From positions 22,200,709 to 22,264,708 of the forward strand of contig CM119264.1 in the NCBI GenBank assembly GCA_051294375.1: a stretch of DNA of 64,000 nucleotides. The letters are read 5' to 3'. Each line of letters starts with the position of its first letter. The first letter of the stretch is position 1. Below the pieces are notes generated by a model. That model ran no database searches. It was given only the letters and a program-made list of their open reading frames with translations, and had not been told where the DNA came from. The stretch comes from Paraspadella gotoi (taxonomy: Eukaryota; Animalia; Chaetognatha). Made by a program: the position numbers and the translations under genes. Positions 12,869 to 30,597 of the stretch are shown here, piece by piece.

Positions 12869-13980
12869 CTGACTTTTGGTTGAAAACTATTTGAATTCCG
12901 ATTTTTTTTCAATTTTACTTTTAGTGTAAATAAAAATTTTGCTCAAATGGAGCAGTTCACTTTAACCTGATCATATCATATTAAAATAACTAAATAAAAT
13001 GTAAAAAAAAAATTTTAGAGCCCTTCAGCCCGAGGATTCCTGAATTTGACGTCATTTGTAGAACTGGAACATACCTCATTCACGTTTATATTGTTTTGAA
13101 GAGAAAAAATCCCTTTTATTTCTATATAAAATCATATAAAATCAGATATGAAAAAAATTTTCATAGAAAAGCAGTCTAATTGCACTGGCTCGTTTGCTAT
13201 GAAAATGTTGGTAATTTGACAAGAGAAAAAAAAAGCGAGCTCCTCAGAAGCAATGCTATTGAAATCGAGCGTTTTTACATCTATTTTTTACCAGAATTTT
13301 TAACAGGGGCGTTTATATAGTTTGTCAAATATGAAAGAAAATCTCCATTGAAAAAATATTCCTTAACTTCTTAGAAAGACGTCGACTCCTACTTCATTGC
13401 GATTCTCGTTAATCATCGTAGCCGCAAGGGTCGCCTTCGACGTTGACGTCCACGTCATCGTCGTCGTCGTCGTTCACAGGTTTCCCGCCATCTGATGCTT
13501 TGTCTCTTCTTCATCAAAAACCGGCTCGAGGCGAATTGAACTTTCCTCGTCGTAGCCTCACTTCCGCCGCCGCCGCGGTTGAGCGGTTTCGATCTCATCC
13601 AATATTTACTCATCTCGCCGTTCGATCCCAGACGTCCTGCCCCTCCCCTCCGCCACCGACGCCTTCCTCGCCATAATGAGTCCTTTGGAATTAGAAATTT
13701 GGGCGGAGACCAGATGGTGGATCATTTCAAACTCATGAACAATCCCCGAGGTGTAGCGCGATGGATTTTAATTCTCTTTCCCGAAAGAAAGCGGCGTTTC
13801 TTTGTATATTAAAGGTTGCTCTAGTACTATCCGATATTAAAACGACATAAATCTAAAAAAAAAAGAAGAAACGTAGCGTTTGGTCGCATTTTCTTCATAA
13901 TAACCTCCATGCTCCAAAGTTATGGATTCGCTAAACAGTAAATAAATACCTTATCATTTGTACTGGCGACTCGTAACATC

Positions 13981-14214
13981 ATGAAGAGACAGTAATTATT
14001 GTTATGTGAAAGTGACAGAACCGTTCAATATAAGCAGTCCCTGAGCTTCGGATCAGCTGTAACACCATGTTACAGGCGGGTTAAGCGCCCCGTCCCTCTT
14101 AACTGCCAGACGACCACCGGGCGAAGAACCCGCACCTTTGGGTTGGGAGACGAATGACTTGCCTCCGGCACCAATGGCCGCTGATGAACGGTTGGTGGAT
14201 TTTAGTCCACCATA
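13981..14214 (-). mobile_element. tRNA-derived SINE-like element, copy 1 (full length)
   Basis: Matches 14400-14598 and, in reverse complement, 48252-48485. tRNA-like head at 14181-14110. Confidence 0.8.
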
Positions 14215-14263
14215 CATCCCCCTCCTGTAGGGTGAAGTCTGTTGCGTCCTTTCAGTGAATTAT

Positions 14264-14357
14264 TGTTGTTGGTGGAAAGTTCGTCACCAAGTTGAGGCAT
14301 GTCGCCTGATGTGTTGTGGGCGGAAAGTGCATCGCCAGGTTGAGGCATGTCGCCTGA
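14264..14357. repeat. ~48-bp tandem duplication (...gttgaggcatgtcgcctga x2) between SINE copies
   Basis: Two diverged units, each ending gttgaggcatgtcgcctga. Confidence 0.75.
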
Positions 14358-14399
14358 AAGTGTTGTTGTTGCTGTTGTGTTCGGAAGTCGGGCTCACCA

Positions 14400-14598
14400 A
14401 TGAAGAGACAGTAATTATTGTTATGTGAAAGTGACAGAACCATTCAATATAAGCAGTCCTGAGCTTCGGATCAGGCTGTAACACCATGTTACAGGCGGGT
14501 TATTGCGCCCGTCCTCTTAACTGCCAGACGACCACCGGGCTAGAACCCCGGACCTTTGGGTTGGGAGGCGAAAGACTTGCCTCCGGCACCAATGGCCG
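14400..14598 (-). mobile_element. tRNA-derived SINE-like element, copy 2 (lacks 5' leader)
   Basis: Near-identical to 13981-14181. Confidence 0.8.
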
Positions 14599-14600
14599 TC

Positions 14601-14654
14601 TGAGAAAAAATTTCCCATCGTGTAGGGATGGTTTTGCGCAGATCTTGTCTGCCA
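14601..14654 (-). pseudogene. 54-bp duplicated ALDH exon fragment (DKIC..DGKFF)
   Basis: tgagaaaaaatttcccatcgtgtagggatggttttgcgcagatcttgtctgcca matches 12804-12856 with 2 indels and 1 substitution. Confidence 0.8.
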
Positions 14655-15072
14655 TTCTCCTCCCCCACCCCAATCTGTCCACCATAATCATTTCATTCTC
14701 ATTCCATGCCTTTCTCGCTTCTCCCCTTGTTTTCTTCCTCCTACCTCCTGTTCCACCAACTCCTTACCTACACTTCCGCATCAAAGATCCTTACCCGTTT
14801 TCTAGCGCTTCTCGCTTCCTCCACTTTATCGATATATTTAGAGTTTACAACACTTTTTTTTATTAAAATTACCAATAGATAAATTGAGAAAACGGTAGAA
14901 GAGGTGAATGATCGAGATAAGAAACGTGTTACATGTCTACTCAGGCGGAACAGGTTACAAACTAACAGTAGTCCGGTATAAATATTGTTAATGTGTTTAT
15001 TAAAGATCGTGAAAATAAAAAAAAAAGATTTATCTCATGTGTAAATCTTTTCTGTTTTGCTATGTTTGTAGA

Positions 15073-15271
15073 TTATAAGACAGTTTAGTTATTTGCAACA
15101 ACAATTTATTTTCAAAAGACGAACATGTTTCGGCTCAGGATTCGAGCCTTCATCAGCGTCAAAATAAAACAAAAAAAAACTTTGAAGCTGATAAAGGCTC
15201 GAATTCTGAGCCGAAACATGTTCGTCTTTTGAAAATAAATTGTTGTTACAAATAACGAAACTGTCTTATAA
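15073..15271. mobile_element. Palindromic non-autonomous Penelope-type (pLTR) repeat: two inverted 91-bp arms, each with a hammerhead-like motif
   Basis: Arms 15073-15163 and 15181-15271 differ at ~5 positions, with a 17-nt A-rich spacer. The 13-bp direct repeat aaaagatttatct occurs at 15023-15035 and 15270-15282. Confidence 0.75.
15118..15160 (-). ncRNA. Minimal type I hammerhead ribozyme motif
   Basis: GACG-CUGAUGA-A-GGCUC-GAAUCCU-GAGCC-GAAAC-AU-GU-U-CGUC. Full core, helix II GGCUC/GAGCC, helix I GACG/CGUC, palindromic ACAUGU helix III. Confidence 0.7.
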
Positions 15272-17250
15272 AAGATTTATCTTATAGTTAAACGCATGGA
15301 AGATATTTTATATTATCCAAATAATATATAATGTTAAAAAATTTTTTTATGAAATTTTATTTTTTTTATCGGATTCTGATGAAGGTTGTTACTACAACTT
15401 TTTTTAAATTTTAATGATTGATAATCAAATTTATTGAATGATGATGTTGATGATGATTTTTTAAGGTTTTTTCTAAATTAACCAATTTATCATTAAATAA
15501 ATGTAATACTAACCTTTATCTAACTTTTTAATCTTTATCAAAATCTATTTTAAAAAATTTAAATTTCCTATAAAAATATGAAAGCATATGTTATAAATTG
15601 TTAAATATTAAAATGCTTCCATGCGTGAGGAAAATGAATTTAATAAAAATCTAAAATCATAAGTCAATTTGGTTGTTAAAGGACAAAATACTTTTATTGC
15701 AGACTGTTTTATATTGTAAAAAATGTTAAATTCTGGCCCGCCTTAATGGCTACTCTTACCCATTTGTTTTTTTTTAACATTTAAACATCATACTGAACTG
15801 AAGAATACTTACTATAACGAAAGTTAATTATAGTAGATTTAATTAGGTAAATTAGTTTTTTGTGAATTAGTTTTAATTTTTTAAGATTTATTTATAATTA
15901 ATAGTAGTATTGACGCTGCATCGTCGCTTGTTGTTGTTGTTGTTTTCGTTTCTTGTTTTTAATTTTATGTTTTTCTATAAATAACGAAGAAATGGAAGCA
16001 GACGCCAGAGAAGCCAGAGTGACGAGTAAAAGAGTAAAGGATGAGTGATTGAAAAGTGAAGTTGTAGACTTGTATTTTAAAAGATAATCCAGTCGAACAA
16101 TATTGGCACAGCAATGACGCAGCAGTGACGCAAAAAAAAAAGACGCAGTAATGGCGCAACACGAGCGAGGCAAAGATGCTGCTGCAGCCATTGTGTCTGT
16201 CCGGATGGTAATTTTACATCGCAGAACAGACACAATTCACTGGAACTAAAGATTAGTTTGTTTGCGCGGCTCGCAAATTCTTAGCGAGGAACTTTACTTT
16301 CGACGTAGCTCTTGTTTATCGTCGAGGATAAAAACGGTTCTTCATGAGATAATATCTAATATAATTATAAAAAAGATATATAAAAAAACTCATTACTTTC
16401 CGGCTCTCGTATCCTGGCGGACAAATAAAGAGGGAAAATAACGTCGTCGATTCGTCAAGTTTATGCGAAGCCATTAATTCGTAATTTTCGTCCCTCGTCC
16501 AAACCGTCGACTCTCCCTTCTGCAAGTCAATGAGATATAAAGTCGGGAACCCAAAAGATTATGAATCCTTTTTTTTTTTCTTTTTTCCCTTTTTTTATAC
16601 CCCGGGTGCCACGACCTACCGCCACCTCCCCAGCCTCATCTCACCCCCACGATCTGTACTAAGACCCATCGGTTTTTCCTCACCCATTTTTCTTGGGCTC
16701 TTCTTTCTCGTTTTTTTTTCTTCTCTCATTTTCCCTTTCGATCTTTTTTATATTCTCGGCTTCGTTTTTATTTTTCATCTTCCATCTTTTTATTTCTCCA
16801 TTTATTCTTAGATTTTTTTTTCCTTCGGTGGTTCTGTCCACTTTTTTTTTCTCTTTTTAATGTGTATATTTGTTTGGTTATTTCATTTTTGTTCTATTGA
16901 ATGAATTTAATTTTAGTCTGTTTCAATTGGCTCTTTGATCCCCGCACGTTTTTGGTTTCCCATCAATGATTTTTTTTTATCCAATTTATATTTCCTTTTT
17001 TTAAAACCTATATTACAACCGAGTTCGCTTCAATGGTCCCATCTGCGATTAGTACCGTCCTAAAAATTTTATGGAAATTCCCCCTTTCTCGACTTTCTCC
17101 CCAAGTCCACTCAGCCCACCCTCCTTCCGGGCGAGACCCCGAAACCCCTGATGCTTTCTGCTGATGCTGGAACTGAGGAGGTCAAGAGATCTGGAGAATG
17201 GAGGGGGGACTCCCCACGGAGCGATGCTGAAGCCCCCTCTTCCCCGCCGA

Positions 17251-17351
<101 letters not shown>

Positions 17352-17579
17352 ACCCCCGTCGTAATCACCGCGAATTCCGTGAAATATCGCTCCTCGAGTT
17401 CACCGGCTCCGGGAAAAACGAAGGAGGAACTTTTTCACTCTTTCACTGGAAGCCTCATTCTTTTAGTTTTCACAAAGTTTTCTCGTTTTAATATTTTACT
17501 CTAGCTTTCTTTTTACGCCATGGTGAAAATTCATCTAATTTTTATACAAAACATTTATCTTTTTTTTTCCCTTTCGCTT

Positions 17580-17627
<48 letters not shown>

Positions 17628-17653
17628 ATAGCTCTTATTCTTTCTAAAGAACG

Positions 17654-17725
<72 letters not shown>

Positions 17726-17913
17726 ACAGCTCCTATTCTTTCTAAAGAACTTTTTCCCCCTTTTCAAATCGGCATAAATTTCCAGGAATGACAGAAATTA
17801 TGTATGTATATTCAACAAAAATTCTACGTAAATTCAGATGAACAGTGTCTTTAAGAATATTATTTCCTTACGACAAAGTCCATACCGCAACCACCTGCTC
17901 CCACGCAGCACCC

Positions 17914-22230
<4,317 letters not shown>

Positions 22231-22862
22231 CTTGTGGCGGGCGGGGGCGAGGCGGGGACGTGGCGGTGAGGTGAGGCGGAGGTCGGCGTCGTGTGGTGAG
22301 GTAAGATGAGGAAAGGTTGAACTAGATGAAGTCGGGTAAGGTGAGGTGACTCGAGTGAGACTAGTCGAAAAAAATATTAAAGACAGATAAAATTACTAAA
22401 AAGTATTTTCTACATTGTACAATGTACATCACGAAGATTTTTCATTTCCGTTTGCGGACGACTTTTCGTCTCTGTCACCGTCGTGTTCGTCGTCGGCGTA
22501 CGAAGACATTCTAAAAATAACCACGCCGTGGCCTTTTACGAGTTTAACCCCTTAAACTTAGACTTAATCTTAGTGCTTACTCGTCGGTAGCTTTCAAATT
22601 AGTAAAAATACTAATTAACATTTTAAATAACTTATTTTTACTCCCGTCGCCACTATCGTCTTTGTTCGCCACCTCTAGTTTTGACGTCGTTTATTTCTCA
22701 ACGCGGAAGACGGTTCCTTAAACAACGCAAAAGTTCTTCCAATTCAAGTTCATTTTCAGTGCAGAGAATTGCGAATTGAGAATTGCGAATTGCGAAACGT
22801 TTTATAGGTTATGCTTCGTTAAGCGACGTCATCGGCAATTCAGCGTATTTGTTTTGCTCTCG

Positions 22863-22902
<40 letters not shown>

Positions 22903-23014
22903 CTTTGATTGATCGGTCTTCGCTCAAGTTTTTTCAGCCAATCTGGATTCGAAAATTTGGATTTTTACTTCCGCTTTTCGTCGATGAGGTTGTTGAGCAA
23001 ACAGAAGATGAAAG

Positions 23015-23016
<2 letters not shown>

Positions 23017-23064
<48 letters not shown>

Positions 23065-23129
23065 ATGATGATAATGATGATGATGATGATGATGATAATT
23101 ATGATGACGATGAGGATGATGTTGATGAT
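23017..23129. repeat. (GAT)n microsatellite (also 53223-53301)
   Basis: Trinucleotide run; gives poly-D/M/I/H/S ORFs. Confidence 0.95.
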
Positions 23130-24314
23130 TGTCAATTCACGAAAAATGTTTTTCTTTATCACTAATACGTATTAGAGTTTTCTTTTACTTTTCTTTTTTC
23201 CCCACTTCGACACATTTTTTTAAGATACAGCATAGAAATTTAGTTTACTTTCCAGTAGTGGTAAGCATAAACGCCTTTTTTCAGTTATGTACCACGGCGC
23301 CATTTTCGGCGGCGTCGTCCCCCCCCCCCGTAACCACGTCCCGGCGCCCCTGGGCGGCGTTATCTTGTCATTTGGCGCCGAGACACAAATCGTTCATCCC
23401 CGGATTCATATAGAAAATCCCTCTCGAAATAACTCCGCCCATAAATATCTTTCGTAAAAACTTCCAGGGACTTTTCGGTAGGAAGGGCAACGGGGTGAGC
23501 GGAGATAGGGGGAGAGGAGTTGGCGGCAGGTGGGGCCTGGAGGTGGCGGCCACGGGGATGAGAGTTCTGAGGATATGGAGGATTTTGTGGGGGGGGGGTG
23601 GCCACGGAGAAGTGGGGGGGAAGGAGAATGACGTGACGTTCTCAAAAGAGGCGGAGAAACGGAAAATGGTTCGAATTGGCAATCAAATTTTAAAGAAGAA
23701 AATAATGAGCAGTTGTAGTGGAGTTTTAATTCCAAGTGTTGGAGTGAAGCGAGGCGGGGTTGATTGTAAGGGCGCGAAATCAAGCATCAAGGATCACGGA
23801 GGGATAATGGGAGTGGCGGTAGAAAGGTGGTTTCAATGAATGAATCTATCAAATAGAAGAGTGTTAGAGAGGCGAGAATACCAGAAGTGTGGTCGGTAGA
23901 GACGGGATGACGTCTCAGGGGAGTGGTAAAACCGACCGAAGGATTTTTTTTTCCTTCGGACGCAATCTTGCAAGAACTTCTTAGATAGCCTCCGGGAATG
24001 ATGGGCATTGGGCAACGATGCCGGGCTGATCTCTAAATATAAGTTCTGTATGCAAAATCCAATATTACTTGTATGACTAATCAAAAAATCATACTTTACT
24101 GTATTCTAAGTACAAATTTGTTGAGTAGACAAGGCAGAGTCTATGTATCACTACTTCTAAATTAGAACTGACGAAACGCGCAATATAAAACCTTTTTTTT
24201 CTCGATTCCGAAGACGGTCGGACTGAACGAAGCGAAAGAAGGAGCGGCACTGCTTCCGGCGTCTAATGTCGTGGAAAGCAGCATCTCGAAAATATTAAAA
24301 AAAAAGTGGTGCTC

Positions 24315-24406
<92 letters not shown>

Positions 24407-24962
24407 TTCTTTTCTTTCCTTCTTTCTTTCTTTCCTTCTTTCTTTCTTTCTTTCTTTCCTTCTTTCTTCTTCTTTCTTTCTTTCTTTCTTTCTTTCCTTC
24501 TCTCTTTATGTCTTTTTCTTCATTCATCTGTTTCCCCCCCTTCTCCTCCTTTCCCTGTCCTTAGCTTTCCATTCCACGTTTTCTCGCTACATTTTTCCGC
24601 GACGCGCAAAGAAAATATACGAACTTTCTTTTCGCGGGAAATGGGGGCCAACGAGGGATGGGGCCGAAGCCTCGGCCCGACGCTAAAAGGTCAACGGCCA
24701 TAAAGAATGACGCGCAAAGGCTAGAATAAAGCCATATCGAGACAATGGGGCTTGAACGGAGGAAGGAAAAGTAAGAGAGGGGGGGAGGGGCTGAAGAGGT
24801 TTCGCCCGGGATCAATGTAAATCCCTTCAAAAACAATGGCAAACCGGGAAGAGTTACATTCGAGAGTAGAGGGTAGAGTTTGTTTACGTTTAGTCTTCGG
24901 GGAAAGGCATGAAAAGAGAGAGAGAGAGAGAGAGAGGAGAAGAGAGAGAGAGAGAGAGGAAA

Positions 24963-25026
<64 letters not shown>

Positions 25027-28000
25027 CGGAGTGACATCAAAATGCCCGTAAAGGTCGCTAAATGCCGAAAACATAAAGTTCGCGCGAGCAACAATCGGTT
25101 TTCCCGCGAATGGCAACCATAAACTCGTTTCGGCGATAGGTTTTGGTTCGTTGCGGCGGAGCAGCGGAGCAGCGGCACCCTGGAACAGCGAAGCAGCGGA
25201 GCAGCGTAAGAAAGTCGAAACGAAAAAAACATTTGAAGTTCGACTTTTATAATATTTGGAAAAATATGTCGCATGGGTGATCAAGGAAGTCAAAGTTACG
25301 AAACGTAATTTTTGAAAGCGAAAGTTGTAAGCAAATCGCATCGATCAATCCGTCGATGAAGATTAAGATAATTGGCATTAATTTAAAACTATAGTTGAAG
25401 AGTGAAAGAGTGGAGCAGTGAATGAGGGGCTGAGCGAGGTATAAGCTGGAAATTAAAGGAGTCAGGTGGGAGAGAATAAAACTCGAAATTGAGTCGATAT
25501 AGAACGAGTGATTATTTACCGATTTTTCGAATTAAATGATAAAATTATTCGTCTTTCTCCAGCGTTAAAAACTTGGAAGGTACAATCGTTAATCAGTAGT
25601 CGGGCATTCTAAGGTAAGTTGAGAAGGTGAGGCTGATTTTACCTACCTTTAGCTTTGGGTGAGAGTAAGAAAGATTAATCGGCAGAGACCGACTGCGCGA
25701 TCCTGGAAATTCGAACGTAAACGTGACCTTGGACGACCTTGAATCTCATTTCCTGAGAATTCGAGATTTTTAAATGAGTCAATCAGCGTTCAGAGCTGAG
25801 GTGTGAGGGTGGAGGGATGAATAGGAAATAAACTTATATGCAAAAATTGATGGCGGGTGAAGTAAAAGGAGAAAAAAATCATTACGTTTTTCTACATGAA
25901 TTTTTAAAATTTTTATTTTTTTAATTCTTTTTTAGATTATTTTTTTTATTTTTCTTTTATTATTTTCTTTTATAATTTTTTTTAAAAAAGAAAACGAAAT
26001 CTTTTTCGTTTTTAAAATTTTGACGAAACCCTGAATAACAATTGTACAATGAATTGTATTGAATTATATAATTAATTTTAAAGATATAATCCTACAAACA
26101 CTAGCTTTTTAATCGTATGCATTAACTACGATAGTGCTGCCCGAGGACGAAAAGAAAATTAAAAACGCGGACGTAAAATATTTTTTTTTCAGTTTTTAAC
26201 GAGGATAATCTCCATTCGTGGGCCGGACCTAATTAAAGGAAATTTCGATTTATGTTTATAAAATTTTAAAGACTGAGAACTTATATTTGCATCTAAATAA
26301 AATCTACGTCTGCCAGTTAATCTGTATGTCAGTCTGTCCGCTAAAAATTAATCTGACTGCTGTGACAACGGTGCTACTGCGACGGATTGAACTTTCAAAC
26401 GAGTTTAACTCGCATTTTTCCTTTCCTTTTCTTTCTGCTATTTAATTAATTTTCTTCGGCGATTACTTTTATTACTTTCCTTTAGCAAGCATTTCTTGGA
26501 AATTGTTGAGTTCGGTGTACGATCATTGGCGAACCCGCCGCCAACCGCTGCCAATCGCCAAACGCCAGCTCAGCTTCTCCCCCCCCTCCCCACTTTCTTC
26601 TTCTTCCACCTTCGACTCTTAAATCCGCCGACTCGTCGAAGGTCGGCGCCACCGGCGTCGGGCGCCGAAAGAACGACGTTATTGCCGGCGCCCAATGTCT
26701 CGTCATCAATCATCAAAACACTTCAAAAACAATCACCTCACGGGCGCACGGTGGACTGGAAAGGGGGTGGGGGGGGGGTTGGGGCGGAGGGGCGACGTTG
26801 GAGCAGACGTTGTAAGTGTCGTCGATGTTGTTGTTATCCTCGTCTCTGGGTGGCGTCCTAGTGAGTTTAAAAGTTGTTGTCTTCCTTGTCAACAGTGGCG
26901 AAGTTTGTCTCCGGTTTAAAACATTTGACCATCATCATTCATCAATCATCTTTTTCGTCATTAAATTAGGCTCTAATGAGTGACCGTTTGCACCGAATCG
27001 AGCGATGAAAAGTCTTCCAAGTCGAAAATAGTATCGAGTCTTAAATTTTAAATACAAAATAAAAATAAATGCAAATGATAATACATGTGAATACGTGTAG
27101 TGTCATATTTATCGAAGGATTTGGCGAAGAAAGTTTGTTGTTGTTTTGGCCGAGGGTTTCACGCTCTTGAGGTTTTTCACGACAAATTGTACGTACGACC
27201 GAGTTGTGAATTTTAGTAAAAACTAAAATATTTCTGGACAGCGGCCGATTAAGCTTAATAGTGGGCAAGACCAATTTACAAAACATATAGATTGGTGGGA
27301 GATTGTAAAATAGTGGTTGGAGAAAAGATTTACAAGAGGAAATGAGCCGAGAGGGATTACGTAAGGATCTCTAGACGGTCGTGAGCCTGGCCGTGCTTAC
27401 CATAAGCTGAGGATTCCATTCGTTGTGAAGAGAGAGACGACCGACCACGGATAGATATAGATATCAACAGACAAACCAGCACGCAACAGTGGATGAAAAG
27501 AAAGAAACGGAGAAAGAAAAAAAAACATGAAGGAAAAAAAAAAGACTTAGTAAGCGTTTTTTTCACGGGGATGATTTTTCGAATGAGATAAATGACTGGG
27601 AAACTGGAAACAAAACAAACATCCTCTGTCTCTCTCTCTCTCGGCTCTCTCTTTCTTTTCTCTTCTCTTCTCTTCTCTTCNNNNNNNNNNTCTTCTCTTC
27701 TCTTCTCTTCTCTTCTCTCACTTTCTCCTTCTCCAAAGATGAATGTTTTGAGGTTTTACAATGCAGCCATGATGGTAAAAACAGGAGGAAAAAAACTACT
27801 CTGAAAAAAACTCACTCATGTGAGGTCATTGTTTACGTCCCAAAAAAAGTAAAAAAAGAAAACAAAGACGAATGCGTCTGAAGGAAAATGCACGTGGTTT
27901 ACGTGAATGTTTGGGCGACGAAGACGACGTCAATTTGATTTATACTTTTTCGTCTCACGTTTAACCATTTCTTTTTTTCTTCTCTCTTTTAAAACTTGCA

Positions 28001-28138
28001 TTTTGGATTCAGGTAAGTAAATCATAAGTTTAGTGTTTGAATATAAAATCGAATACTACATTTTTATTTTCTTATCGTTTTTACACACGAGTGAGAAAAA
28101 ATATCGATTTTCATTGAAAATATCTTTCCATCTCTCTT

Positions 28139-28220
<82 letters not shown>

Positions 28221-28583
28221 TTTTATCTCTCGTCTTTCTCCCTCTCATAACAAAGATTTTATATATGATGAAAGGGACTCTTGGGCAATTATTGATCAAA
28301 TAGTTGACAAGATTAAAAAAAATTCTGCATGTAAATTGTAAAAATGAATCGTTATCTACGATTAAGTTTGTAATTTTTTTTATTAAAATATTCGGTTTAA
28401 AAGTTGAACTTAAAGTACGTTTAACAACAAAGTAATGAGATTGAATTTATTCTTGTCGCTTTCTCTCGTAGTCGTGAATAATAAATTGAGAAATAAAATG
28501 ATTAATGAATAAATAATTAAAATACATTGGGTCTTTCAAACGAAGTGATCATAAGTCATCTTTCCATCATGACATAGGGTGAC

Positions 28584-28764
28584 TCATTCATTCATTCATT
28601 CATTCATTCATTCATTCATTCATTCATTCATTCATTCATTCATTCATTCATTTATTCATTCATTCATTCATTCATTCATTAATTCATTCATTCATTCATT
28701 CATTCATTCATTCATTCATTCATTCATTCATTCATTCATTCATTCGTTCATTCATTCATTCATT
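28584..28764. repeat. (CATT)n microsatellite
   Basis: About 45 catt units. Confidence 0.95.
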
Positions 28765-28965
28765 GTTTTCTTCATTCTCATTTTCTCGCATCAGCCTCGC
28801 AGTGATATCAATTTTAAAAAAATCGACCGCAAGTAGTTTCGCCTTGTTCAGAGTTGATAGAATTCTAAGTTAAGACCCGAGAAGTCCAAGAATTTCTCTC
28901 ACTCTCTCTCCCTCTCTTTCTGTTTTTTCCTTCTTGCTTTCTCGCTTGGTCTCTATCCTTCTTTC

Positions 28966-29036
<71 letters not shown>

Positions 29037-29180
29037 TCCCGTTCCCTATTCACTCTCTTTATTTCATTTTTTTCTCCTTTAGTATCCATTTGCATTTATA
29101 TCCGAGTGACTGCGAGATTTTCTTTCCCCCACTTAACCTCGGTTCACCCCAAAACTCTCCCTGAGCTGTCGAATTCGATG

Positions 29181-29211
<31 letters not shown>

Positions 29212-30461
29212 ACCTCTTGTCGTTTTTTCGCCTTTTCTTCCCAGTGGCCATCGTTGTCCGAGTTGTCTTCGCCTTTGATGCAGTCGTTGGTCGGCGTTGT
29301 TGTCGTCGTTATTGTTTATGGCAGAAAGAAAAGTTCCATCTCTTTGGAGCAAAGTGGCACGGGCTCTCGAGGGAGAAGAGAATAGAAGAAAAAAGTCAAT
29401 GTTCTTTGTTGTTCTTGTCCTCGTCTTTTGTTTCGCGGTATCTCGTTAAAACGACTCGCAGCCTCTTATGGCGCAGTCCACGAGAAAAAAATAAATCTTT
29501 TATGAATAAGAATTTAACGTCCATAATTTATGGCATAAACAATTTCCTTCTCTTTTGAGATAGAAATTACAAGAATATTTGATTAAATGCTGAGATTTTA
29601 CGTATTCATTTGATTTGATTTTTGTTCTTTTTTTCTTTTTATAAACTTACCATCCGCTTACTCTTCTTTCAATCGAAGGGTCCTCGTACAACCTTTACGT
29701 TTTGACCCTCGTAATATTTAGAAAATTCGTCTTCTTTATTCGTTGCCCCAATTTTTTTTTCTTATATTTTTTCTCTCACGCGATTTGATTTCCGAATTGA
29801 ATCCGAATCTTACACGTATTGGATATAAATATAAATACAATTTATCAGAATCGTTTTATTTCTTGCGTAAATATTGCTTTCGAAAACGAACTTGAGTTAA
29901 ATTCTTTGACGGAGACTCAGTTAAAGATTCAATCTAAGTCTCAACTTTCAAGTCTCATTTTGAGTCTCAGATCCAAGCTCACTTTTGATTTCTCCTCCAG
30001 TCTTGTTCTTCACTCTTCATCCCGTTCGAGTCCCGATCCTCATCCCAGTCTCCTGAGTCCCCGCCTCGACCTCATTCTCTTTTCTCCGAACGGGATCTCT
30101 GTTTTGGTCGTTTCAATGGAATGGACTAATTTAAGGCGACCGTGATGTTTACGTTCGCCATAAGGAAGCGACGATCAGAGTTGGCGAACGGTCATAACTG
30201 TCGAGAGTCTACAAAATTAAACATAAACATTACAAGTAAACACGGTCAGTTATTTTAATAAACGGATAACTTACCGTGATATTTCATTCCACAGCGTAAA
30301 TTGTCACTTAAAATTGATTGAGAACTCCGACGTGGACCTCTCCAAACTGACCCCTAATTCAACTTTCCACATCCTCGGTGTTATTTGTTGCATTTCGTCT
30401 GTTGCCGCCAAATGGTTGTTTCACTCTATTAAAGTCTCCGACTCAGGCATCCCATGCCATT

Positions 30462-30597
<136 letters not shown>

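Noticed and set aside
14178-14214. CTGATGA in the SINE antisense strand as another hammerhead
   Set aside because: No GAAA box or helix III follows.
16397-16519. Isolated open phase-0 exon candidate on minus strand (KGESTVWTRDENYELM...)
   Set aside because: AG/GT bounded, but no recognisable homology and could not be linked to other exons.
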